64,000 bases of DNA from a virus. Under the pieces are notes generated by a model, which was not told where the DNA came from, did no database searches, and saw only the letters and a list, made by a program, of their open reading frames with translations. Position 1 is the first letter of the stretch, and every line of letters begins with the position of its first letter. The position numbers and the translations under genes are program-made. The stretch spans positions 1-64,000 of IMG/VR virus record IMGVR_UViG_3300030380_006185; one strand, written 5' to 3'. Positions 30,042 to 38,811 of this stretch are shown here, in pieces.

Positions 30042-30586
30042 TATATTTCTAGTTGTTTAAGTTGATCAATTGTATTTTCTGCTGATGTATATAATATTCC
30101 TATACCTCCTGCATTATTCCAATTATCAATTGTGCTTGCCTTATCGTCTATAAGTATGTCTGATTTGGTTAAAGATGGTTTAATTTTATGTTTTTCTTTT
30201 GCAGGTTTAAAATTAACTTTAGGTGTATTAGGGAATAAATCAGAATGGATTTTACGTAACCATATCATTTTCCCTAATCTTGATTGTTTTTTAATAGAAG
30301 GGGCAGTTAATATTTCATAATCATATTGTGAAACATAATCTACTAATTTTTTAGCCCCAGGCATTAATGGTATACCAGCCCAAAATCTAACTTTATTTTC
30401 TATATCTATAAAATCCCAAAATTGATTCATACCATATTTATCTCTATATTCATCAGGTGTCATTCCAGATAAATCTAAAAATCGTTGGTCAAAATCAGCT
30501 ATTACACCATCCATGTCTAAATAGATAGTATACGCAGATACTTCATTTTCTTTAATTAATTTATATAATTCAAATAAATTTGACAT
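30041..30586 (-). CDS. HAD-family 5'(3')-deoxyribonucleotidase-like phosphatase
   Basis: YLDMDGVIADF, ILTAP, ILIDD, W..AGG.GI. Confidence 0.85.
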   Translation of the reverse strand: MSNLFELYKLIKENEVSAYTIYLDMDGVIADFDQRFLDLSGMTPDEYRDKYGMNQFWDFIDIENKVRFWAGIPLMPGAKKLVDYVSQYDYEILTAPSIKKQSRLGKMIWLRKIHSDLFPNTPKVNFKPAKEKHKIKPSLTKSDILIDDKASTIDNWNNAGGIGILYTSAENTIDQLKQLEI

Positions 30587-30588
30587 GG

Positions 30589-33156
30589 TTAAAATTTAGG
30601 TAAACTTAATGCTTTTCTTCTACTTCTCCAAAGATTTAATATTATTTGTTTATCTTTAGGAGTAATATCTTGGGCATCTAAATAAGTATTTATTACATCT
30701 GCAAATGGTCTTCTTTCTTTTTTAGCTCTAAAATACATTCCTTGTAAATTAGCATCTACTTCTTTTGGTAATTTAAAATATTCAGCTTGTGGAATTATAT
30801 CAGCTTTTACTAAAGCTCGTATTGTCATATCAAAATCTTCATCAAAATCTTCCTTTTTAGTTTTTGAGTCACCTGATTGGGTTATGTGTTCAATTTCATG
30901 TCTTACAACATCTTTAAGATTCATAGAAATTTCTTCCCAAAATTTAGGCAACATTTCAGGATCAACTATAAAGTTTATTTTAATAAAACCAGGGTATTCT
31001 TTTTTCTTTTTTTTATCTATGTAAGCATAATCACTTCCACCATCTACTTTAAGTTTACCAAATTTGGGTTTGTATATTATTTGTGCATAAACTTGAATAC
31101 CTCTTGGAGGAAAATCATAATTATCTTCATATGTTGAATCCATTTCACCTTCATCAAAATCTTCTTTCCAAAAATTAAATATATCTCTTGAAATTTGGTT
31201 TGATAAGGTATCATAACGACCTTCTTCTAAAGTAGCTAATTCTCTAGCAAATTGATTTAAACCAAAAGGATCTTTACCTAAATTTTTATCAAATCCATGT
31301 TTATGCTTATATGGTTTTTCCTTTTCATTTAAACTAGTAACTTCTTCTCCGTCTATTCCATCTGTGTAATTTCTAAAAAGCATATTACCTTTTGTATATG
31401 CTTCTCTTTCTATATCATTTAAATAATCATCTTCCATTGTGTTAGTAGTACTAATATCTTTTAGTCTACCTTCTAAATTTTGAATATGATGAATCATTTC
31501 ATGAGCATATGATCTTACTATATCTTTAGGATGTCTACCTTCAGTATATAATACTATTATTTTATTGTTTGGATCATAATATGCAGTTTTACCTAAAAAT
31601 TTTTTAGCATTTTCTTCATTATTGTGCTTAAATATTATTTTAGGTAAAGGTTTAACATTCATACCTTTTTTTAACATATGATCTGTTAAATTTATAATTT
31701 CTTGCTTATAGTCTATATGATTAGAATATGTAGCATTTTCATTAAGTGGTTTATATCCCGAACCAAACGGAGCAGCTTTACCATTATGGTCAGGAGCAAC
31801 ATTTTCTTTTTTTAGTTCTGGGTGGAATTTCATATAAACTTCCTTAGCATCAGGTTTAATTGATTCATCATCTACTAATACTTCAACAGGATATACTTTA
31901 GCATCATCTCCATACCAATAGTTCATTTTATATCCACCTTCTTTAGTTAATTCAACAATTAATCCTCTATTATAGTCTTCACTTTCAGCTTGCAGGTATA
32001 TTTTTTTACCTCTTGGTAAAACTAAAGATGTTTTTTCTAAAATATCTTCATTTAAGTTTTCTTCTAAATTTTGATTTACAGGAATTTGTCTTACATCTTT
32101 AGGGCCAAAATTAGAAGGATAAGGTTCTATAATATTACTTATTTTAATATTATTTTCTTCCATAGTAATTTCAAATGGGGATGGGGAAACATTAGTATAA
32201 TAATCATAATAAAATTTAACTTTATCAAAATTAGTATCTATAGCTTCATTAGTTTTTTGTTTTTTTAAACGTTGAGTTTTTTTCTTAGATGCTTCTTTAC
32301 GTTTTTTAATATATTCAAAAGCAGAACGTAATTTAGCTTTCTTTTGAGGATCTTTTGTTCTACTTAAAGCAGCTCTTACTCTTTGGTGTATTAAATTAAT
32401 TACTTGAGATTGACGAGCATGAGATTTAGATTTAAAAGAAGTTTTATTTAAAGTATCTATTATGTCTTGTCTTGTAGAAAATTTAACTTTAACAGTATCT
32501 TTTGGATTTTCATCTGTATACAAACGTCTACCTGATCCTTTAGGTTTTTTACCTGTACCTTTTTTAGGATCACCTTCATTTAAAGTAGATGATGTTAAAA
32601 TATTCCAAATTTCATCTAGATTAGCATTAATAGGTATAAAAAATTTAAAAACTTCTTTATCATTATTCATTAATGCTTTTCTAGCATTAGTACCACTCAT
32701 TCCACCATCTGGGGTAGATGTTATTTTTAAATCTAAATTTGGATGTTTATCTATAGATACTGATCTAGCTGATATATCTTGCATATCATCTTCTCTTCCT
32801 TCTCTTGCTCCTATAATCCAATATATAGAATCTTCAGGATTGTCTTTAGCATATCTATAAATATCTCCAATTGGGGAAACTGATTTTTCTATTCTGACTG
32901 GTTTACCAATTAAAGGTTTATAATGTTCATCCCAAATTTTATATGCTTGATCTTGTGTAATCCCATCTCTTACTTTACTCCCAACATAAATTATAATATT
33001 ATCTATTTCAGGATTATCTTTTAAGGCATTTTGAATTACAGCTAAATGACCTGCAGTAGGTGGTTTAAATCCACCACCAAAAACAGCAGTAACCTCTTTA
33101 CCATCTATACTTTCAGGTAAAAGATCTTTAATGAGTGATTTAGTTAAGGAATCCAT
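30589..33156 (-). CDS. Multidomain protein: HxGH-type nucleotidyltransferase, basic domain and two HExxH metalloprotease-like domains
   Basis: FGGGFKPPTAGH...MSGT.AR; LYTDENPKDTV; AHEMIHHIQ; RHEIEHITQ. Confidence 0.75.
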   Translation of the reverse strand: MDSLTKSLIKDLLPESIDGKEVTAVFGGGFKPPTAGHLAVIQNALKDNPEIDNIIIYVGSKVRDGITQDQAYKIWDEHYKPLIGKPVRIEKSVSPIGDIYRYAKDNPEDSIYWIIGAREGREDDMQDISARSVSIDKHPNLDLKITSTPDGGMSGTNARKALMNNDKEVFKFFIPINANLDEIWNILTSSTLNEGDPKKGTGKKPKGSGRRLYTDENPKDTVKVKFSTRQDIIDTLNKTSFKSKSHARQSQVINLIHQRVRAALSRTKDPQKKAKLRSAFEYIKKRKEASKKKTQRLKKQKTNEAIDTNFDKVKFYYDYYTNVSPSPFEITMEENNIKISNIIEPYPSNFGPKDVRQIPVNQNLEENLNEDILEKTSLVLPRGKKIYLQAESEDYNRGLIVELTKEGGYKMNYWYGDDAKVYPVEVLVDDESIKPDAKEVYMKFHPELKKENVAPDHNGKAAPFGSGYKPLNENATYSNHIDYKQEIINLTDHMLKKGMNVKPLPKIIFKHNNEENAKKFLGKTAYYDPNNKIIVLYTEGRHPKDIVRSYAHEMIHHIQNLEGRLKDISTTNTMEDDYLNDIEREAYTKGNMLFRNYTDGIDGEEVTSLNEKEKPYKHKHGFDKNLGKDPFGLNQFARELATLEEGRYDTLSNQISRDIFNFWKEDFDEGEMDSTYEDNYDFPPRGIQVYAQIIYKPKFGKLKVDGGSDYAYIDKKKKKEYPGFIKINFIVDPEMLPKFWEEISMNLKDVVRHEIEHITQSGDSKTKKEDFDEDFDMTIRALVKADIIPQAEYFKLPKEVDANLQGMYFRAKKERRPFADVINTYLDAQDITPKDKQIILNLWRSRRKALSLPKF

Positions 33157-33901
33157 TTATTTTACTTTTTATTTGGTCTTGGGATGTAAATTCAGGTAAG
33201 TCTGAGAGTAGTTGTTTAATAGAGGATTCAAGTTCTTGTTGTTCAGCTTTCTTTTTTTCTATTTCTTCGTCACTATATTCACGAGCAGCAGTTACTTGAT
33301 CAAAATAATTTTGAACTTCTTTTTCATTATATGTTTTATCTACTCCTTTAGGGTCATTATTTACTAAAATAAAATTATCTCCAAACATGTTTTGAAAAGT
33401 ATTAATATTTTTATTTACTTTTTCCCAAGTACGAACTATAATTGAAGGGCGAAGTGATCTACCTCCTGCTTCTCCTCTAGATCTATTACGTTCTAAAGAT
33501 ACAAGTGGTGAAACATATATCATTACCATCATTGTATCATATCCTAAATCTTCTAATTGTGTTTTTTTCTTTAATATAGGATTTGAAGCTGCTCCGGTAC
33601 CATCAATTATAATACTTTCTCCCTCTTCTTGAGCAGATTGTAGTTTTGCTGTTGTTTCTTTACGAGCTCTACTCATTAATTTAGATGATTGAGACAATTC
33701 ATCTGAAGTAAAAGTTGATTGAGGTTTATCTAAGCCTGCTTGTTTAAGTAATTCTTCATATGTGTCATCTACATTAATTACTTTTAAATTAGGGATATTA
33801 TTTTTAATAAAAGTGGATTTACCACTTCCTGCAGGTCCAGCTAAAAATATGGCTTTAGGTGGGGATTGGATCTCTTTTAATAGTTTTACTAGACTTACCA
33901 T
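33140..33901 (-). CDS. Zeta-toxin/AAA_33-like P-loop kinase
   Basis: AIFLAGPAGSGKS, INVDD, IIDGTG, SLERN..R. Confidence 0.8.
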   Translation of the reverse strand: MVSLVKLLKEIQSPPKAIFLAGPAGSGKSTFIKNNIPNLKVINVDDTYEELLKQAGLDKPQSTFTSDELSQSSKLMSRARKETTAKLQSAQEEGESIIIDGTGAASNPILKKKTQLEDLGYDTMMVMIYVSPLVSLERNRSRGEAGGRSLRPSIIVRTWEKVNKNINTFQNMFGDNFILVNNDPKGVDKTYNEKEVQNYFDQVTAAREYSDEEIEKKKAEQQELESSIKQLLSDLPEFTSQDQIKSKINGFLN

Positions 33902-33912
33902 GATTATACATA

Positions 33913-34698
33913 TTAAAGTTTTCTTTTAGCAACCGTTTTAAATTCAGTAAATATTGGAGAATGTCTAGGATTTTCTAAATCAAATAATTTTTTAACAGTT
34001 TTAAAAATATCTAAATTTTCTTCTTGTGTACGTTTTGATTCATACATTTCCCATCCTTTACCCTGTATTTTATCTTTTGAAGGTTTTCTTTTACTAGATT
34101 TTAGCCATAAAATACCATAACGATCCGCTTCTTTACCAAAACATTCTTTATACATTTGTCCATAAACAGCTGTTTGTAAATCATATGTTGTTTGAAGATG
34201 GTTTGAAGTTTTAAAATCAATAATCCATAATTCTGTTTTACCATTAATTTCAATTTCACATACCATATCACAAGTACCTGCTACTTTTAATTCATCTGAA
34301 AATAAATGTACTTCTGTTTCAATTAAGGTAGGGTTGTATTCCTCCCAAAAATCAACGAAACGTAAAAACATTTGCCATACATCAGGATTATGTTGTGGAT
34401 AACCATTTTTATCTAAAAAATTAAGTTCTTTACCATTAAGATAATCTTCACACATTTCATGAACTTGAGTACCTTCTTCAGATGCTTTTTTAACAATCCA
34501 ATCTGCAGAATGTCCTACTTTTTTTAGCCAATCTTGAAAAAATTTACCTTTAGGATAATAACTTAAAACATAAGTTACAGAAGGATAATACTTACCATTT
34601 CTACGATAATATCTGGAATCTGGTAGGGTTATTTGTTTCGCGTCTTCAGAAATTTCTAAGATACGGTTATAAGATTTTTTTACATTTCTTTTCTTCAT
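33913..34698 (-). CDS. PD-(D/E)xK exonuclease
   Basis: YPSVT, GT.VH, AGTCD, IIDFKTS, LQ.AVY. Confidence 0.88.
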   Translation of the reverse strand: MKKRNVKKSYNRILEISEDAKQITLPDSRYYRRNGKYYPSVTYVLSYYPKGKFFQDWLKKVGHSADWIVKKASEEGTQVHEMCEDYLNGKELNFLDKNGYPQHNPDVWQMFLRFVDFWEEYNPTLIETEVHLFSDELKVAGTCDMVCEIEINGKTELWIIDFKTSNHLQTTYDLQTAVYGQMYKECFGKEADRYGILWLKSSKRKPSKDKIQGKGWEMYESKRTQEENLDIFKTVKKLFDLENPRHSPIFTEFKTVAKRKL

Positions 34699-35624
34699 AT
34701 GAGAGATAATTTTTTCTCCATAAGATTATATTCAGTTAATGGAGTAACTGTTTGTATTAGTTTAGTAAAGTTTTCAAAACCTAACTCACTTGGGTCTTTC
34801 CCTTGCAATTCAACAAAATAAACTTCTTTTCCAACATTTAAAAGTTGTTCACAAAATTTTAAAGCTTGTTTTATTGCATCATTATCTAAAGCAATATATA
34901 TTTTTTCAACTTTAGATTCAACTATTTTTTTCATTAAAGACGGTTGAATGTTTTTACCAAATAATGGTATAGCATTACGTTTAATAGCCATAGCATCAAA
35001 AGGTCCTTCACATAGTATAATGGGTAAATCCCAATTAATAAATAATTCAAACGGTATAATATCGCGTGAAGCATCAGGATTACGGTATTTTATATAAGGG
35101 TCTTTTTCAAATGATCTCGCGGTAAAATAATTTAATTTACCATTGTTATCATATGAAGGTATAACAACCATTTTAGAATATCTACCATAATCACAATATC
35201 CTATATTATATTTTAAAATATCTTGTACTGTTACATTTCTTTTTTTTAAATACGAATAAGCATGTTTTGCTATAATATCTTTATTATTTGAAAACTTTTT
35301 AAATTCTTTTGGTAACTCTAGTTGTTCTATTTTAATAACATGATTTTCATTACTAGATACGTTTTTTACTAACTTAGATAGTTCTTGAAAATAATCAGAT
35401 GATACATTTAACTGTTTGAATAAACTTCTTATAGTTTTGCCTTTTTTACCACATACCCAACATTGCCATAAATTAATACCTTTTTTACTTTCTGTATAAT
35501 TTACTTCTAATTTAGGTTTATGGTGGTGGCAAAAAGGACAGTTATGAGCTTGATTACCTCGAGCAGTACGCTTTCCTTTACCTAAAACTTTGTTTACTAG
35601 ATTAACCAGTAGTTCATTTACCAT
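34695..35624 (-). CDS. DNA primase (Zn finger plus TOPRIM)
   Basis: CPFC...CWVC, KY.NP, CEGPFDA, ALDND, KDP. Confidence 0.9.
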   Translation of the reverse strand: MVNELLVNLVNKVLGKGKRTARGNQAHNCPFCHHHKPKLEVNYTESKKGINLWQCWVCGKKGKTIRSLFKQLNVSSDYFQELSKLVKNVSSNENHVIKIEQLELPKEFKKFSNNKDIIAKHAYSYLKKRNVTVQDILKYNIGYCDYGRYSKMVVIPSYDNNGKLNYFTARSFEKDPYIKYRNPDASRDIIPFELFINWDLPIILCEGPFDAMAIKRNAIPLFGKNIQPSLMKKIVESKVEKIYIALDNDAIKQALKFCEQLLNVGKEVYFVELQGKDPSELGFENFTKLIQTVTPLTEYNLMEKKLSLI

Positions 35625-35650
35625 ATAAATAATGTATGAAATGGATTTTG

Positions 35651-36097
35651 CTAATCAAAATCTTTTCTAAAAAACTTGCCTAAAATGTTATCATTATAGT
35701 ACATTTCGGGTTCTTCTAAAACTCTATACACAAATAAAACTTGTGTTTCGTAATATGTTAGTAATTTTTTTGTTGGTGCAAATTTTAAAATTTCTTTAGT
35801 AAAATTTTCTTTTGGTTCTGTCTTTAATAATTCATTTAAAGGTTTATTTGATCCCCAATAAGTTTTCCAATCAGATTCTTTAGTTGCTATTTTATAACCT
35901 GGTTTACGGCCTACTATTCCTTCATATAAAGCTAAATCTTTTTTTGTTAATTTAACTTTACGATTATGATATAATACCTTTTTACCAATATAAGATTTAT
36001 TAGTTGATATATGAGTTATTTTATAAATAAACCCAAATGTGTTTTCTGGGAATTGAGAAAGATCCTCAATTTGTTTTTTGTTATATGTCCAGTTCAT
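35651..36097 (-). CDS. GIY-YIG endonuclease (T4 EndoII/Seg-like)
   Basis: GFIYKIT...YIGKK, YWGS, YYN.NI. Confidence 0.8.
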   Translation of the reverse strand: MNWTYNKKQIEDLSQFPENTFGFIYKITHISTNKSYIGKKVLYHNRKVKLTKKDLALYEGIVGRKPGYKIATKESDWKTYWGSNKPLNELLKTEPKENFTKEILKFAPTKKLLTYYETQVLFVYRVLEEPEMYYNDNILGKFFRKDFD

Positions 36098-36101
36098 GAT
36101 T

Positions 36102-37064
36102 TTATAAGTCTAAGTTAACAAGAATAGAAGTATCTGTAACTTGAGAGATTGGGAGAGGTTGAGCTAATTTTGCTACTGCAATTAATTCTTTAGCATTATT
36201 ATACATACCTACTGTGGTTACATAGGGAGTAAAGTATGAGCCTGTTGCAAAATCATATAAAGTACTATCTAGAGAACTACCTGTTATTAATGTTGGATTT
36301 TGTGAAAAATTAAACTCATTTTGGCGTAATGTACATTTATATTGGGATTCATATATAGTAGATGTACTTTCAAATGAACAAGTAAAATCTGGGGTGTTAA
36401 TGAATTCATTTATAAATGCTTGATCACTAAGACCATAAATAGCTGTTCCATAATTTACATAACCATAACCATCATCTCCTATAGGTTCAATTCCATCACT
36501 AGTTAAAACTATAATACCATGTTCATATATTATATCCCCTACTTTTAAAGATCCTGTAAGCATGTTTCCATTTCCATCATCAGTAATAGTATAATTTGGA
36601 GTAGAAATAGTTATAGAATCAAGTTTTATATGTTCACCATATAAGTTAGAAGGTATAGAAATAACTCCTATTATTTGATCTGATCCTGTTGGTATATATC
36701 TATTAGCTAATAAAGTTGAAGATAGATAGTTATAGTAATTAGGGGTATATCTAGGACCTGTTACTGTTCCATCATTATTAAATGATGCTGTACCTGCAGG
36801 TGCACCATCGTCCCCACCTATAAAGTTAGAGTAATATAATTCTTTAATTGAATCATATATTAGTTTTTTATCTTGGGTTGTAACATATCCTGTTGGATTT
36901 GAACCAGAGACATATAAAGATGAAATGATGTTTTGACCAATATACCTATCTATAGAAACATTAGATGCGGTAAGTGCAGATGCACCTTGAAAAGAAAAGG
37001 ATTTATTTACCTCAAAAGGAGATACTACAATATCTGATGTTATAAATGGTTTGTAAACACTCAT
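36102..37064 (-). CDS. Baseplate/tail structural protein
   Basis: EFNFSQNP...YVTTVGMYN...LIAVAKL..P C-terminus, paralogous to the adjacent gene. Confidence 0.65.
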   Translation of the reverse strand: MSVYKPFITSDIVVSPFEVNKSFSFQGASALTASNVSIDRYIGQNIISSLYVSGSNPTGYVTTQDKKLIYDSIKELYYSNFIGGDDGAPAGTASFNNDGTVTGPRYTPNYYNYLSSTLLANRYIPTGSDQIIGVISIPSNLYGEHIKLDSITISTPNYTITDDGNGNMLTGSLKVGDIIYEHGIIVLTSDGIEPIGDDGYGYVNYGTAIYGLSDQAFINEFINTPDFTCSFESTSTIYESQYKCTLRQNEFNFSQNPTLITGSSLDSTLYDFATGSYFTPYVTTVGMYNNAKELIAVAKLAQPLPISQVTDTSILVNLDL

Positions 37065-37069
37065 TCATT

Positions 37070-38095
37070 TTAAAAATCTAATTTAACTCTTACTAATGAT
37101 TCTTTAGTAAAGTCTTTCAATAATGGTTTTGATAATTTAGCTACAGCTAATAACTCATTACTATCATTATACATTCCTACTGTAGTTGCATATACTTGAG
37201 GATGATTAACAAAAGCATCATATATTACCTCACCTGTTGAACCTGATATAAATGAAGGGTTTTCGGAATAATTAAACTCACTATTTCTTGCTCTAACAAA
37301 TATATAATCAGAAGTAATTGTTTCTTCTGAATTTAACTCAAATGAAGAACCAGATATTATAGAATTAACTAATATTTTTGGGTTATTATCTGTATTACTA
37401 AGAGCGGAATTTCTTAATGTATCAACTCCTATAGATTGAGAAATAGCATCTGGGTTTAATAAAATAGTTCCTAAATCTGGGAATACTAAACCATAAGAAC
37501 CTGAACCAGGTACATAACCACCATTTGCTAAACCACGTGATGTACCATTTGATCCTGAAATTAGTTGGAAGTATCTTGAAGATCCTAAAAATCTATTAAC
37601 AGGGTTGTCTTGAGAGTCATCTGTTAGATTAATTTCTTCAATTCCTCCAGACCCTGATAGTTTTAAGTTAAGGGATCCAGGGAATAAACTTTCTTTATAT
37701 TGTGCTCTATCAATGGATATTACCCAAAAGTGACTACCGGTTATTATATTAGTACTAGAACCAAAAATAAAATCAGCATTTTCATCTTCTAATATTAATG
37801 CTCTATATTGACCATAAACTGATAGAGATGGTGATTTCCCATCAACTACTGTATTATAAACTTGACTACCACTTCCTACTGAATCAGCATAGGCTATTTC
37901 AAATTGTGGGGTAGCAGAAGTTAGTGTAGAGGCTGTTTGATAAACAGTTAAATAAAAATCTCCTGATGATCCTGCCTCTTGGACAGATGAAGTAAAAAAC
38001 TGTGTTAATGTTGGAGCACCTGTTGACCATAAAGTAGAAGTAATTGAATCACTACTTACTACAAAGTCTTCGGCATCAAATCTTTTAAATGACAT
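37070..38095 (-). CDS. Baseplate/tail structural protein
   Basis: EFNYSENP...YATTVGMYND.NELLAVAKLSKP...VKLDF. Confidence 0.65.
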   Translation of the reverse strand: MSFKRFDAEDFVVSSDSITSTLWSTGAPTLTQFFTSSVQEAGSSGDFYLTVYQTASTLTSATPQFEIAYADSVGSGSQVYNTVVDGKSPSLSVYGQYRALILEDENADFIFGSSTNIITGSHFWVISIDRAQYKESLFPGSLNLKLSGSGGIEEINLTDDSQDNPVNRFLGSSRYFQLISGSNGTSRGLANGGYVPGSGSYGLVFPDLGTILLNPDAISQSIGVDTLRNSALSNTDNNPKILVNSIISGSSFELNSEETITSDYIFVRARNSEFNYSENPSFISGSTGEVIYDAFVNHPQVYATTVGMYNDSNELLAVAKLSKPLLKDFTKESLVRVKLDF

Positions 38096-38104
38096 AATTT
38101 AGTT

Positions 38105-38770
38105 TTATTCTTTGGTTGTTTGTGTAATAGTTAATGGGATTGTTAATCTTGCTCCACTATCTAATCCTACTACAGTTAAAGTAGCAGCTAATGAGGTATT
38201 AGATCCAAATAATGTATTTACAGTTGTTGCTCTTAGATTAATTTGAGATCCAATAATTGTTCTAGAAACATTAGTTCCTAGTGTTGTAGTTGCAGTATTA
38301 GCTGCTTGAGCAGCATCTGTGTTGATTCCAATACCATCAAATGTTGATAATAATCTAACATCAGAAATTGTAGCAGAATATCCACTAGTTTCAAATGTTT
38401 GGTTATTCCCTAAAAAGTTTAAGGTTTGAGGGGTGATTGCGAGAGAAGCTCCTTGTTTTAGCGTTACAGCAGAATATCCTAAATCAAGTACAGGTAATTT
38501 AGCTGTTCCACGAGGTAGAGTTGCTAATTTGTACTTCATAATTTGAGTTTCAATTGGGAATGCCTCAAGTAGGGGCATATTTTCAATTGCTTCTCCATAA
38601 AATGTAGATCCTGAAGGGTGTGTAGGATTATATAGAGTGTAATCTATTTCATCATCTGCTAAAGCAAACTGTGTGATTTGGAAAGAACCATCATTTTTAG
38701 CTAATAATTCTCTTCCTTTTTTTGTTAGTATGGCGTCAACTGTTATGACTTGGTTATTTAAATATCCCAT
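38105..38770 (-). CDS. Baseplate/tail-collar-type protein
   Basis: ILTKKGRELLA...ITQFALADDEIDY. Confidence 0.6.
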   Translation of the reverse strand: MGYLNNQVITVDAILTKKGRELLAKNDGSFQITQFALADDEIDYTLYNPTHPSGSTFYGEAIENMPLLEAFPIETQIMKYKLATLPRGTAKLPVLDLGYSAVTLKQGASLAITPQTLNFLGNNQTFETSGYSATISDVRLLSTFDGIGINTDAAQAANTATTTLGTNVSRTIIGSQINLRATTVNTLFGSNTSLAATLTVVGLDSGARLTIPLTITQTTKE

Positions 38771-38811
38771 TTTTTATTATAGTTATTATTGCAATATATT
38801 AATAAATATTA

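Noticed and set aside
33140-33901. Epsilon-zeta toxin-antitoxin system
   Set aside because: No antitoxin neighbour; context and leader point to a virion-associated kinase
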